From Geosiphon pyriformis uo1 (taxonomy: Eukaryota > Fungi > Glomeromycota): a stretch of DNA of 64,000 bases. Below, one piece after another: positions 21,846 to 35,100 of the stretch (position 1 is the stretch's first letter; each line of letters opens with the position of its first letter). A program made the translations under genes and the position numbers. The notes beneath the pieces are model-generated. The model had not been told where the DNA came from. It saw only the letters and a list, made by a program, of their open reading frames with translations, and did no database searches. Location of the stretch: positions 124,001 through 188,000 of the forward strand of contig JAAOMT010000151.1 in the NCBI GenBank assembly GCA_016748015.1. Direction: 5' to 3'.

Positions 21846-23400
21846 CAAACAGTCTTGATGGAATGACTTGCTAGCAGACTACAGATATATTGTATACCAC
21901 AAACCAGGAAAACTACACACCAATGTTGATAGTCTTTTAAGAATGAGACAAGATTAATATCAACAACAATTCTGCCACAACTTACCAACCTACTAACAAA
22001 ATAATCAAACAACAATAAATCTCAGAAATTACAGCAATCTTAAAAACTATTTGAAGACTTTTACCATGCCAGAAAATTGGTTTCCAGGTGAAAAACATCA
22101 TTTACAATACCAATCAAAACAATATTTTATACACCACAACAAAATCTATTATAAAAATCACAAAAATCCAAATCAACCACTCAGATTAGTACAAGAAAAG
22201 AAAAAAGAAACAATTTTATACAACATGTACACAGATCCGTCTTTAGCACACTTGGAAAGAGATGGAACAATTCAAAGAACTCTTGAACATTATTTTTGGC
22301 CTTACATGCAAAAAGACATTCGACAATATGTAGAATCTTGTGATAGTTGTCAAAGAAGAGGAGGAATTCACCCCACAGAACCTTTAAATCTAATCAAAGT
22401 TGGACAACCTTTTAACAGAGTTGGAATTGATCTAGTTGGACTATTACCTATCACAACCCAAAAAAATTGTTATATTGCAGTCGCAGTAGATTATCTTATC
22501 AAATGGCCTGAAGCTAGAGCCATCCAAAGAGCAGATGCAAAATTAGTAGCAAATTTCATCTATGAAGACATTTTTTGTAGACATGAATGTCCAATTGAAC
22601 TTTTATCTGATCAAAGAACACATTTTGTGAACAACTTGATACAAGAAATTTGTGAACAATTCAATGTCAAAAGACCTTTATCATCACCTTATCACCCTCA
22701 AACAAATAAACTTGTAAAACATTTTAACAGAACATTATGTGAATCTTTAGCCAAAGTCTCAACAGATTTTGAGCAGGAATAAGATATCTTTATTCCATCA
22801 GTGTTATTAGCATACAAAACACTAAAACAAGATACTATAAAACACATACTATTTGATCTTACTTATGAAAAAACAGCAACATTACCAATTAATTTTACAG
22901 TAGAAACATATTCAGTACAACCAATCAATGAAGAAAACTTTCAAGAAACACTTCAAAAAAAAGCCTACACTCTTCTTAGCACATTGAAAGGAAAGAGACA
23001 CATAACAGCCACTCATATTGAATACTTCCAAGCCCTACAAAAAAAAAGACATAACAACAAACTGCCACCAGTTACCAATGAATTTAAGATTGGAAATAAA
23101 GTTCTCTTACACAGAACTAAGGCTGAAAAACAATGGAGTGTAAAATTTGAACATAAATGAGATGGACCATTTTATATCCACAAAATTTTAGGCAATGAAT
23201 TATACAAGTTAAGACTTGATGACAAAGTACTAGTAAAAGTTGTACATAGAGATAGATTGAAACACTATTATTCCAAAAACAATCCTGAATCATTAATTCC
23301 ACAAATTAGTATACATTCCCCTTTAGTTAATTCTGAAGATATTCCCCAAAATTTAGAACCAATAATTATAATAAAACAACAACCAAACTTGAACACTTAA
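21846..23400 (+). pseudogene. pol: Element A pol 3' part: RNase H tail and integrase (HHCC, DDE, GPF/SH3-like), no chromodomain
   Basis: YFWP..CDSCQRR, GIDLVG, LLSDQ, HPQTN and GPFY; ends LEPIIII. Confidence 0.92.
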
Positions 23401-23558
23401 TTTAATATTTATAATAATCCCTTTTAAAAATATAGACAAAATATAAAACAAAAATAGTAAATAATCACAAGAAACATTCAAACCCAAAAACAAATAAAAA
23501 CTTTATACCCAAAAATAATTTTCTTTATTTTTTTTCTTTATTAGTTAGTCATTTTATC

Positions 23559-24266
23559 ATGATTATTCCCCAAAATATTCAACAAATATCCCAAAAATTA
23601 ATGTTAGCCTTAAAAACACTTTCTGACTTATTCATAACAATTTATGGAAGTCAAATTAATTACATTCAGAAAGAAACCACAGCTCCAGTAGTAAATAATT
23701 CTCAGAACTATCACTTCTATAGAAAAAAAACAAGAAATCACTTTGGAAATAGGTTATCAGAACTTTTGAAGCAAGCATTGAAAGAAAATCTTTTAATTGC
23801 CCCTATTGACATCCCACCAAATGCCACATTACAACAAAAATTTCTACTATTTTTCAATAAACAGAACAATGAATATACCCCTATATATAGATATTTTCAT
23901 ATTGAAAAAACACTTTATGAACGAAAACTGGAACTTAAAGCAACCAACATCACTCCTGAGACTGTACAAAAACAAATTCACAATAAATTTAAGGCAGCAG
24001 CTGGCCCAACAAACACTTGCTACAAACTTAGAACAGCTTTTAGACTCTATAATTTGTTCAACACTTGTGAAAATGTCCTACAAAATCTAATACTGCAACC
24101 AATAAAAGTTCAATACATTGGCAAACTCACAGAACTAAAATTTCAACAATTTTTAGACCAAATCACTTCAATTATTCTGGACTACTATCTTGACATCACA
24201 AATAGTGCTTGGACTTTGACGGAGCTCAGTTTTAAGAAGAAGATTATGTTATCAGTAGAATTTTAG
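23559..24266 (+). CDS. Element A ORF3 (235 aa, unknown function, env position)
   Basis: ATG-initiated stop-free ORF about 160 bp after the integrase stop, with its stop 20 nt inside the 3' LTR. Confidence 0.72.
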   Translation: MIIPQNIQQISQKLMLALKTLSDLFITIYGSQINYIQKETTAPVVNNSQNYHFYRKKTRNHFGNRLSELLKQALKENLLIAPIDIPPNATLQQKFLLFFNKQNNEYTPIYRYFHIEKTLYERKLELKATNITPETVQKQIHNKFKAAAGPTNTCYKLRTAFRLYNLFNTCENVLQNLILQPIKVQYIGKLTELKFQQFLDQITSIILDYYLDITNSAWTLTELSFKKKIMLSVEF

Positions 24267-24430
24267 CTATTAATTAGCATGAAATTATCTTCATAATTCT
24301 TATTATTATTATTTCAATTATTACTTATTAATTAGCCAAATTATCAAATATTATTACTTAATCAATAACCCGATTTGTACTATAGAAATTAAGATGATCA
24401 AATTACACAATACTCTGAACCATTTAATAT

Positions 24431-27400
24431 TGTTATGGGTTAAAATAACAAGCTAACAGATAGCAAGGGAGAACAGAATTGTAGGGTGATGGAAATAATC
24501 AAAGGGAATTTAACTTCAAAGAGCAAATTGAATAAGTATGAATTCAATGTGTGAGATCAGTCTCATAAAATATCTCAATCACTATACTTTTCAAAAATAA
24601 CTGGAGAATCTGAAGGTAGAGGAATAGTCTGTACTGTTAACAAATGATCACACTTGATATAATTCTATGCCTTACGTCAGTACTCTTAGAATTCAATATC
24701 AAATATCAGATGTGCTTTTTAGTTATGTTTTATTTAATAATCTTCAAATGTTGCAATTTACACATTTCAGGAAAAAGGATAAGAGATAACCAACAAGTAA
24801 TCTTTTATCTTTAAGATATTCAAATACTTGAAAGTAGGAAAAGAGAAATTAGTGATAAGAGAAGGATTGAGATAAAATTGTTATTTTATTTCTTTATTTC
24901 TTTAATTTTTACATACTTTTCTACAGCTAAAATATTTATTGCTTATATAGCTATCAAAAGTGGTCAATGATCAAGTCAATGGTCAGATCATTGATCAGAT
25001 CAATAATTACTTTCTAAAAATAGAGTGGCTAATTTATATGACATCATTGGCTAATACATGTAATAATTAATAAAAAGTATAAGTTTCAATCGTAATATTA
25101 TCCTCTCTAAAGAGATTGAGCTCCAGCAAAATCAAGCTATTCATGAGGTAATCTATTTGAAGGGTTTTATCTAACTCAAAGCTAACTAGTTTGTTGAAGT
25201 CTTTTGTGAATAAGGTATATAACACTTGAGGCAAAATGAGTTTTGTATCCAAAAAACTAAATCTTTGTATTAGAGTTTTGACTCTTCTAGCAATAATTAA
25301 AACTCTTAAGATATCTAATCATATAATGCCCAAAATTTCTGTCTGTATCTTTGAAGTTGTTTTTTTCATGAGTTTCATATCCTCTATGATTTTACCAAGA
25401 TGACCATAGAGTTCTAATTGCTTTCTATATAACAAGTTTTTGTCTATGGGTAAGATTTCTTGAAGTGTTTTTCCAATTGTGTTAGAAGGTGAAAGTATAG
25501 CTGCTGTTATACTTTTCAACAGATATTTATCCATTTTACTACCAATTTTTTCTCTTCTGGTAGTAGTTTTCTTTGGTCTAATAACAGTATGCATTCTACT
25601 GTTATCAGTTATAATGGTTTGTTTTCTAATGGTCAGAGTAACATTTGGATAGTTTTTGATCCAATACTCATGGAAAATATAGAAGGTGTTTTGAATGTTT
25701 TGATCCAGAAAATAATTGTTCATGTCAATTGAAGATACCTCTGTTTTGGGAATGGTGCATTTATTTATACTTGATTTTTGCTGATCATTTGAGTCAGTAT
25801 TACCATAACAGGCAGCCAATCAGGTCATTTATGATATTTCTTGAGTCGTGTACTGTGAACAGAATGATCCTTGAAGATTGTTCCAGATTGATTTTAAAGA
25901 ATATAAGAACCATTGTTCAAAATTTTGTTGACTATAAAAGGTCTTTTCTACTGGCTAGAGAATTTATCACCATAAACATTGTTTCTATTTGAACATAATT
26001 CCAATATCAAGTTACTAACACTCAAAGAAAGTGTTTTATAGATTTTTTTTTTCTTAAGCTTTTCTTGGAACTGTTTTATTTTTTCAAAAGCAATTATTTG
26101 TGCTTCTACTAAGGAGTCAAGAATGGTACCAAGTTTTTTTTGCAAAATGTCTTTGTAATTCCCTATTGTGATCTCTTCAAAGAGTATTGTTTCAATATTA
26201 GTTTCTATTGTTAGTATTGCCATGCATCCATAAAGCAGATAAAAAGGTTTATAACTTGTTATGTCATAATTCACAGTTCTATAAGCAAACAAAGCTGAAG
26301 GCAGTACTTTGTCTCATAAGTTTGTTTCTTCACTGGTTTTGGCTAGGGTTTCACATAATGTTCTATTAAAATGTTCCACTAGGCCATTTGTTTAGGGGTG
26401 ATAAGAGGAGGAAAGTTTATAACATATTCCCATTTTTCTACAAAGTTTTTCAACTAATGTACTGAGAAAAGCTCTTCTTCTATCAAATAAAAGTTTTTTG
26501 GAGCAGCCATGACAGCAAATGATATCTTCATAAATGAAATTGGCTATTGAGACTGCTGTTTGGTCTGGGGTGGCTCTTGCTTCTACCCACTTTGTAAGAT
26601 AGTCAGTAGCTGTGATAATATATTTGTTGCCATCAGAAGTGATTGTTAAAGGTTTAACAACATTTATACCAATTCTGTCAAAGGGTTGACCAACAGAGAT
26701 TGAATAGATATCTTTTTTGCGATTGGGTTTGCCTCTTCTTTGGCAGATGTCACAGATGTTAATGTATTTAGTAATGTCTTTTTCCAAGGTAGGCCAATAA
26801 TAATGAGCTAAAGTTTTCTGAATTGTTTTTGTTTTTCTAAAGTGTCCAGTTAATGGGTCAGTGTGCATGTTATATATTACAATTTCTCTTTCTTCAAATC
26901 TGATGACTCTTTGGAGGCAGTTAGGATCTTTTCTGTTTCTTTTATATAATTGGTTCTGGTGGATCAAATAGAAATTTGATTATTTGCACAAATGTTCTCT
27001 TTGCTGTTGAGTGTATTCAGGTGTGTATTGTCTTTTACCCAAAAATTCCATTAAGACAGAGTAGTTGTCCAAGTCTATTATTGTGTTTGTTTATGAAGGA
27101 GTTACTAATAATTAAGTTGGTTTGGTTTGAGAGGTTGTACTGTCACTGGATGATAAGTCTAGATAGAGCATCAGCGTTTTGATGATTTGCTCCTTTGTAG
27201 TGTTGAATATCATAGTTGAATTCATCCAAGTGGAGTATTCAATGAGTTATTTATTTGTGTTCCAGCTTCTTTTTATTGTGCAACCAAATCAAGGCTTGAT
27301 GATCTGTTACCACTAAAAATTTTGCACCAAAAAAATATTGATCCTAGTAGCTAGTAGTCTAAACTACTGCTAGACATTTTTGTTCAGTAACTGAATAGTT

Positions 27401-30400
27401 TTTTTCTGCTGGTATAAGGGATTTACTGACATATGCTATTGCATGTTTTCTGCCATTTTCATCTTTCTGTAAAAAGACAGCACCAAGTCCATAGCCAGAT
27501 ATATTAGTGTGGAAGATAAAAGGTTGATCCAGATCAGGTTGTTTGAGAATTGGTTCAGTAACAAGTTTTTTCTTCAGAAATTCAAAAGCTTTTTGTTGAT
27601 GAGTGCCCCAGTGATAATTGACATTTTTTTTGAGTAGCTAATTGAGAAGAAAGGTGATTTTGGAGAAATTCTTGATAAATTTGTGATAGTAAGAGACCAA
27701 ACCAAAGAAAAAGTGTAGTTCAGGAACATTCATTGGCTGTTTAATGTTCTGGACTTTTTCAACTTTAGCTAAGTTAGGGAAGATTCTATTTTTTGTAATA
27801 AAATGACTAAGAAACTGGGTGAATTGGCATCCAAAGAAAGATTTGATTGGGTTGATCTTAAGGCCAGTATTTCTGAACAGTTCAAAAACCTTCTGTAAAT
27901 ATTCAAGGTATTCATTCCAGGTTTTTGAATATATCATTATGTCATCCAAGTAAACCAGAACAAAGTTTTTTTTTACTAATTCAAACACTTTATCCATTAG
28001 GCATTGAAAGGTGGGAGGAGCATTAGTGAGACCAAAAGGCATGACTGTGAATTCATAGGTGCTGTACTTGGTGATAAAGGCAGTTTTCTTTCTGCTTTCT
28101 GGGTTCATCTCTACTTGCCAGAATCCAGCAGTTAAGTTAATAGTTGAGAAGAAAGCAGCACTATTGAATTTATCTAGTATTGCATCAATTTTGGGAAGTA
28201 GGTACATATCTCTTATAATGATGACATTTAATTGGCGGTAGTTAACACAGAAGCATAGAGTTCCATCTTTCTTGGATACCACTACAACTGGAAAAGCCCA
28301 TTTACTCTTGGTTTCTTGTATGAATTCAAGATCTTTTATCTGGTTTATCTCTTTCTTAATAAACTCATTATTGCGTCAATTGGATTGATAAGGCTTCAAA
28401 TAGATGAGGCAAGTTTCTTTGGTAGTGATAGTGTGTTGTATCACATGTGTTCATCCAGGGGCATCACCTTCTTTTGAGATAATTGGGCTATTTCTAGTCA
28501 ACAGATTTTCAATGTCTACTTTTCTTTCTTCAGGGGAAGCTTTTCTTTGTTCTATAACTAGTGATTGGATTTCAAGTGGTTCATTCTCAAAGAACTTTTG
28601 TATTTCTTTAAGTTCTTCTTGAGGTATTAAACTAATTGGTTCCCAATTTTTGTAATAGATCAGACAGGATTTGCATTCATCACTTGGTGAATACAAAGGT
28701 TTATTGCACCAGCACTATGCACAAGGGCCATGCCATCAATAACTGTATTTGGCTTTTTGTCAAAGATTCTTCTGAGAGTATCATAATAGGGCCAGCAGAT
28801 TAGCTTGCCATTTACCATAATTTCTTCTTTGTCAGCTTTAACATTGTCCAGTGGCTTGCCATTACTGGTGAAGATGGTATAAGTGAGTTCAGCAGTTTCT
28901 TTTTGTTCTTCTTGATCTTCTTCATTATTGCTCTCATTATCATCTGATTGTTCTTTTTTTTGGTTCTGTTTGGTTGCTAGAAGAGTTGTCCAATGACGGC
29001 ATTTAACCACAATGGGTTTTTCACCACATCTGATAGTTAGCTTGCACAGTTCATAGTCAAGTAGTGCTTTGGCTTTCTTAAGTCACTCATTACCAACAAT
29101 GATGGTATACTCTTTTGTTTCAGATACTTCCATATCTGTTTCAATGTTGATACTATTGATGTGGACAGAAATAGCTTTGGCTATGCCCAGGCCTTTCTTC
29201 TTGTCACTATATATATTGGTTATTGGTCTTGTGAAAGGCTCATCAATTTTTCTGCCAATTGCTTCAAAAAAGTGTTTGGCAATTACACTAACAGATAATC
29301 CACTGTCTAAGATCAGGTCAATAAAGTAACCAGTCACTTGGGCTTTACAAATCAGAGGAGTGACATTGCTGTTGTCAGCGAGTCCAGCTTGGCGAGAGCG
29401 TTTGTTGGTTTTTGGTGTCTTCTTTTTTGGTATTAATGATTTGCGAAGATCTTTTCTAAACTGTGGATGGGTTATTAGTTGGCCAAATGTAATGTGTGCA
29501 GGCATTTCCATGAGATTCTTAACAACAGAATAGGGTCCAGATTTTTGTACAATTTCTGAGAGTTCCAACTTTGGAGGATTTTTAAAAACTTTAGCCTTTA
29601 GTGATTTATTGTTATCAGCAGTTGATGTGGAGACTTTCTTTGGATCTAGAATGAAATCAACCTTGGCTTTCTTCTTTTTTCTTGTTGATTTAGAGATGTT
29701 GATTGCTAATTCATTCATGTTATGGTTATTATCAGTTAGGTTAAAAGCATAAAAAGAGTTTTTTTCTGGTTGGCTTGCACTTTCACCCTTTGGAGATACA
29801 CATACCAGTTTAAAGGCTGATAAACAGTAGCCTTAACTAGGGGATCCTCTCCAAAGAAATTGATGTTAGCATGATTGGGTCTTTAATTGGGAACATTGTT
29901 GTTACTAGTTCTGTTGTTGTCATTGTTTTTAGGAGCTGGAGAAGGCAGGGGAGAATTGTTATAATCTTTGAAGAAATTTCCAGTTAATCCACAATGGTAA
30001 CACACAAGTGGGCCATGATTTTGTTGTCTTTGATATGGGAGTTGCTGGGGTTGATTAAAACGGGGTTCAAATCTGGGTTTTTGGAGTTGTTGATTCTCTC
30101 TGACAGCTTGGGCTAAGAGTTCCAGTAATTAGGCAAAATTAGCTGTGAGTTTATCTATTTACTGTTCATTTGGGTCTTGAGTTTGGGCAGCAAAAGAAAC
30201 AGCAGCCATTTGTGAAGCTGAAGCCATGACAGGAGCAGAAGCAAAAACTAGAAGTGTGGATCCCAAATGCATCTTTTGGTTATCTTCAATTCTTTGTGCC
30301 AGTTCAATAGCCATGTCCATTGTTGGGTTGTCTTTTAAAGCCAAGAGAGGCCAAAGAGCATATGATAGATCAGTTCTTAATCCTTTTGTGAAGGAATGGA

Positions 30401-32152
30401 TCTTTTGTTCTTCTGTCCAGTTTCTCTCAGAGTCTATATGTTTGATTAGCTTTCTAATAGCTTTGGCATATTCAGTCACTACTTCTCCAGGGCCTTGGGT
30501 TCTTTTTTCCAATTCCATGTGCCATTTAGATATTAATATTGGGGTTCTAAACTTGGCTTCAAACCAAATGATAAAAGAGGTATTTTCTTCTCCAGCATTG
30601 ATTGGTGTCCATTTGATTATTCGGTGTTGAGCATTGACATCTGTTTCTTGTGAAAACCAGATAGCAAGAAAGCCTTGGAGGTAGCCACCAATGATTTAGA
30701 ACTTGTATTATTCATCATACTGGTTGGCTGTGGCACCTCTTTCAAAATCATCCAACTATTCAATTGGATCTTGTACATCACCTCTAAATAGTGGTAGTGA
30801 GATATTGTTTCTTCTTCTTAGAGCAGTTTGTATACCTTAGAGGGTGGCCAAAATGTTTGCTTGCATGGGGTCATTAGTCATTGGTTCAGAAGTAACTGTT
30901 TGTATAGATGAGTCTGATTCACTTGATAAAAGATCAAAAACAGGGGCAGTTTGGTAGTTTTCTTTTTCTGTTTTAAAGAGAGTTTCAGTTGCTTGATGGG
31001 CAGCAATCCAAATGTGGATTTGATGATTCAGATATTCGAAATTAGGGGGCTGTTGTTCAAAGATTGCAGAATATAAGAGCTAATTGATACTGTTGTTTTT
31101 TTCTTCAAAGTCATCTTCAAAATAAGCTTGGTCAAAGTAATAGATTGTATAAGTTGTGTAGATTTCAGCTGAATGCTCATTCAGAAACCAGTTCCAAAAG
31201 TCTTGGAATTGTCTGCTAGATTGTTTTTCAATGGGGAAGCAAATCAAGCAGGAGGGCAAAGGATTAAGTTCAATAAAGTTTAGATTGTTTTTGTTGTGTG
31301 CTTTAAAGTGTTCTTCTGATTGTTGTGACAGATATAAATAATCACTCATACAATAGGAAACAAAGTGGATTTTGACAACCTCACAGGGAGTACCATTTTT
31401 ATGTTATGGGTTGGAGTAACAAGCTAATGGATAGCAAGGGAGAACAGAATTGTAAGGTGATAGAAATAATCAAAGGGAATTTAACTTCAAAGAGCGAATT
31501 GAATAAGTATAGATTCAATGTGTGAGATCAGTCTCATAAAATATCTCAGTCGCTATACTTTTCAAAGATAACTGGGGAATCTGAAGGTAGAAAGATAGTT
31601 CATACTGTCAACAAATGATCACACTTGGTATAATTTTATGTCTCACGTCAGCACTCTTAGAATTTAATATTAAGTATCAGATATGCTCTTCAGTTATGTT
31701 TTATTCAATAATCTTCAAATGTTGCAATTTACACATTTTCAGAAAAAAGGTAAGAGATAACCAACAAGTAATCTTTTATCTTTAAGATATTCAGATACTT
31801 GAAAATAGGAAAAAAAAAATTAGTAATAAGAGAAGAATTGAGATGAAGTTGTTATTTTATTTCTTTATTTTTTTGATTCTTACATACTTTTCTACAGCTA
31901 AAATATTCATCACTTATATAGCTATCAAAAGTGGTCAATAATCAAGTCAATAGTCAGGTCAATGATCAGGTCATTGATCAGGTCAATAATTAGGTCATTG
32001 ATTAGGTCAACAATCAGGTCAATGATTAGGTCAATGGTCAGGTCATTGATCAGGTCAATGATCACTTTCTAAAAATAGAGTGGCTAATTTATATGACATC
32101 ATTGGCTAATACATGTAATAATTAATAAGAAGTATAAGTTTCAATCATAACA
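24431..32152 (-). mobile_element. Ty3/Gypsy element C (family B), full length, inserted in the 3' LTR of A
   Basis: LTRs 24431-25097 and 31402-32152. TSD ATAT/ATAT. gag 31349-29808, pol to 25765 and ORF3 25723-25067, all colinear with B. Confidence 0.95.
25067..25723 (-). pseudogene. Element C ORF3 (one internal stop at 25319)
   Basis: Near-identical to B ORF3. Confidence 0.72.
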
Positions 32153-35100
32153 ATATAGTCAAAATTCGCTGAAATTAATGGAAAAATTGCCGAAATAATC
32201 AATAATTTGTAGAAATAACTTGTAGTTTGCCGAAATGTATCTTTAGTTCACTCAAATTGTAAAAAAGAGAAAAGTGCAAGTTTAAAGACTAGTACTACAA
32301 CAAGTTATATAAAAGAAGAGCTTCTCTCTTCAAAAAAATATATCCTTCTTATATCTTATTATAATATCTTACTTTAGATATCTTAATTAGAACAAATTAC
32401 TTTTTACAAAAATTAAATAAAAATCAAATATTCAAAAACCAAATTCTTAAATTATTACACTTGAAATTCTCTCAACACAACTAACGTTTTGAAATTGATT
32501 AACTACCAATTTCAATAAACTGTTAGTGACTTCAGACCTGAATAAAAAACGTTTTCTTTGATAAAATCCTATTTCTTTTATATTTCTTTTATTTTTCTTT
32601 TATTTTCTTATTACAAATCATTAGAGTAGTCTACAGACAAGATTCCTGTAGAAGAGTTGACTTTCACAGCAAAATAACTACACATTTTTAGTGAGCTTCT
32701 AGATGAGCAATTCCTGGAAAAGAATTGATGTTTACTACAACGTAACTACACAAAGTAACTGGCACAGAATTGGCCATTCCACTTATAAGTCCAGCAGTTC
32801 AAATTATAGGAGATAATTTGAAGATAAATTCAGTTATTGGAGGTTCAACTACTTCTAGAAAACGTGAATTTAAAACAAACAGACATTAATAACATTTAAG
32901 AAAAGAGACCAAAAAACCTTCAGTAACAATAGTCAAATTATTAATCAGGTCAATAATTACTTTTTAAAAATAGAGTGGTTAATTTATATAACATCAGTGG
33001 CTAATACATATGATAATTAGTAAGAAGTATAAGTTTTAACCATAATAGTATGTTGTATTATATGTGTATATTTAGAAGTATTATTTTTTTTTGAAATAAT
33101 TAGACTATTTCTAGTTAGCAAGTTTTCAATATCTACTTTTCTTTTTTCTAAAGAGGGTTTTTTTGTTTCACTATTATTAATTAAATTTTTTGTGGTTTAT
33201 TTTCAAGAAATTTTTGTATTTTTTTTATTTTTTCTTTGAGTATTAAGCTAATTAGTTTCCAATCTTTGTAATAAATCAAACAAAACTTGTATTTATTACT
33301 AAAAAAATACAATAATTTATTGTACTAATATTAAATACAAGAATTATATTACCAATAACTGTATTTGGCTTTTTTGCCAGGTTTTTAATTAAAAATTTTT
33401 TTGAGTATATTATAATAAAATCAACAGATTATCTTGCCATTTACAATAATTCTCTTTGTTTGCTTTAATATTATTCAATAATTTGCTATTATATATAAAA
33501 ATAGTATAGGTAATTTCAGTAGTTTTTTCTTGTTTTTTTTTTTTTTTTTTATTACTTTTTTTATGATCTGATTTATTTAATTGTTTTTCTTCTGGGCTTT
33601 ACTTAGGTACTAAAAAAGTTGTTCAATAACAACACTTAATTACAATGAGCTTTTCATTACATTTGATAATTAGTTTACAAAGTTTATAATCTAGTAAAAT
33701 TTTTGTTTTCTTAAACTACTTATTGTTAACAATAATAGTGTATTTTTTAGCTTTAGAAACTTTTATGTTAGATTTAATATTGATGTTGTTAATGTAAACA
33801 GGAACAGCTTTAATTATGTCCAGATCTTTTTTTTGTTACTGTGTATATTGATTATTAGTCGAATATAAGATCTATTAATCTTTCTGCTAATGGCTTTTAA
33901 AAAATGTTTGACAATAACACTAACAGATAATTTATTGTCCAAGATCAAGTTAATAAAATAACTAGTTATTTGAGCTTTACAAATTAGAGAGATAATATTG
34001 CTATTGTTGATGAGTTTAGCTTATTAAAAATGCTTATTAGTTTTTGGTGTTTTTTTTTCTAGGATTAATGATTTGCAAAATTTTTTTTTGATTTGTAAAT
34101 GAGTTATTAACTGACTAAAAGTAATGTAAGCTGGGTTTTTATAAGATTTTTAACAACAAAATAGAGACCTGATTTTTGTACAATTTTTGGTGGTTTCAAC
34201 TTTGGAAAATTCTTAAAAACTTTGGTCTTTAGTGGTTTATTGTTATTAGCAGTAGAAGCTTTATTAAGTTTTAAAATAAAATCAACCTTAGCTTTTTTCT
34301 TCTTTCTTGTAAATTCAGAAAGATTAATGGCTAGTTCATCTATATTATAGTTATTATTAGTTAAATTAAAAACATAAAAAGAGTTTTCTTTTGGTTGGCT
34401 TGTATTCTCACTCTTTGAAGATATATTTACCAATTTAAAAACTGATAAACAGTGGTTTTAACTAAGAGATTATTTCCAAAGAAATTAATGTTAACATAAT
34501 TAAGTTTTTAATTGGAAGTATTATTGTTGATAAGTTTGTTATTCTGGTTATTATTGTTTTTAGGAATTAAAAAAGGCAAAGAAAAATTGTTGTAATTTCT
34601 GGAGAAATGTCTAATTAATCCACAACAATAATACACAAATAGATTACAATTTTGTTATTTTTGATAAAAAAATTGCTAAAGCTGATTAAAATAGAGTTCA
34701 AATTTAGGTTTTTAGAGTTGTTAAGTTTTTTCAACAGTTAAGCTAATAGTTCTAATAACCAGACAAGATTGGCTATAAGTTTATCTATTAATTATTTATT
34801 GAGATTTTGGGTTTGGATAGCAAAAAAAGTAACAGTTATTTGAAAAACAAAAACTAAATAGAAACAAAAGCAAAAACTGGAAATATTGATTCCAAATGCA
34901 TTTTTTGATTATTTTCTATTTTTTGTACAAGCTCAATAGTTATATCTATTGTAAGATTATATTTCAGAGCTAAAAAAAGCCAAAAAACATAAGATAAGTC
35001 AGTTTTCAATTCTTTTGTAAAAGAATAAATTTTTTATTTTTTTGTTCAATTTTTTCTAAAGTCTATTTATTTAATGAGTTTTTTATTGCTTTAGCATATT

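Larger units (their letters stand above)
7305..32928 (+). mobile_element. Ty3/Gypsy LTR retrotransposon A (gag-PR-Cys-rich-dUTPase-RT-RNH-IN-ORF3), decayed
   Basis: 5' LTR 7305-8624 (TGTTAC..GTAACA). PBS TGGTGCTCTCCTACG at 8627. 3' LTR 24247-24430 plus 32157-32928, preceded by a purine tract. TSD ACGG/ATAG. Domain order PR-RT-RNH-IN. Confidence 0.93.
6669..33047 (-). mobile_element. Solo LTR D (B/C family), split by element A into 6669-7304 and 32933-33047
   Basis: Colinear with the B/C LTRs and has no internal region. It is flanked by GTAT (6665-6668) and GTAT (33048-33051) inside the pol of E. Confidence 0.85.

Noticed and set aside
8927-30630. Many short antisense or alternate-frame ORFs over gag/pol (e.g. 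18900-19160, 30226-30630)
   Set aside because: They are shadows of codon bias in the TE coding strand, with no independent motifs.
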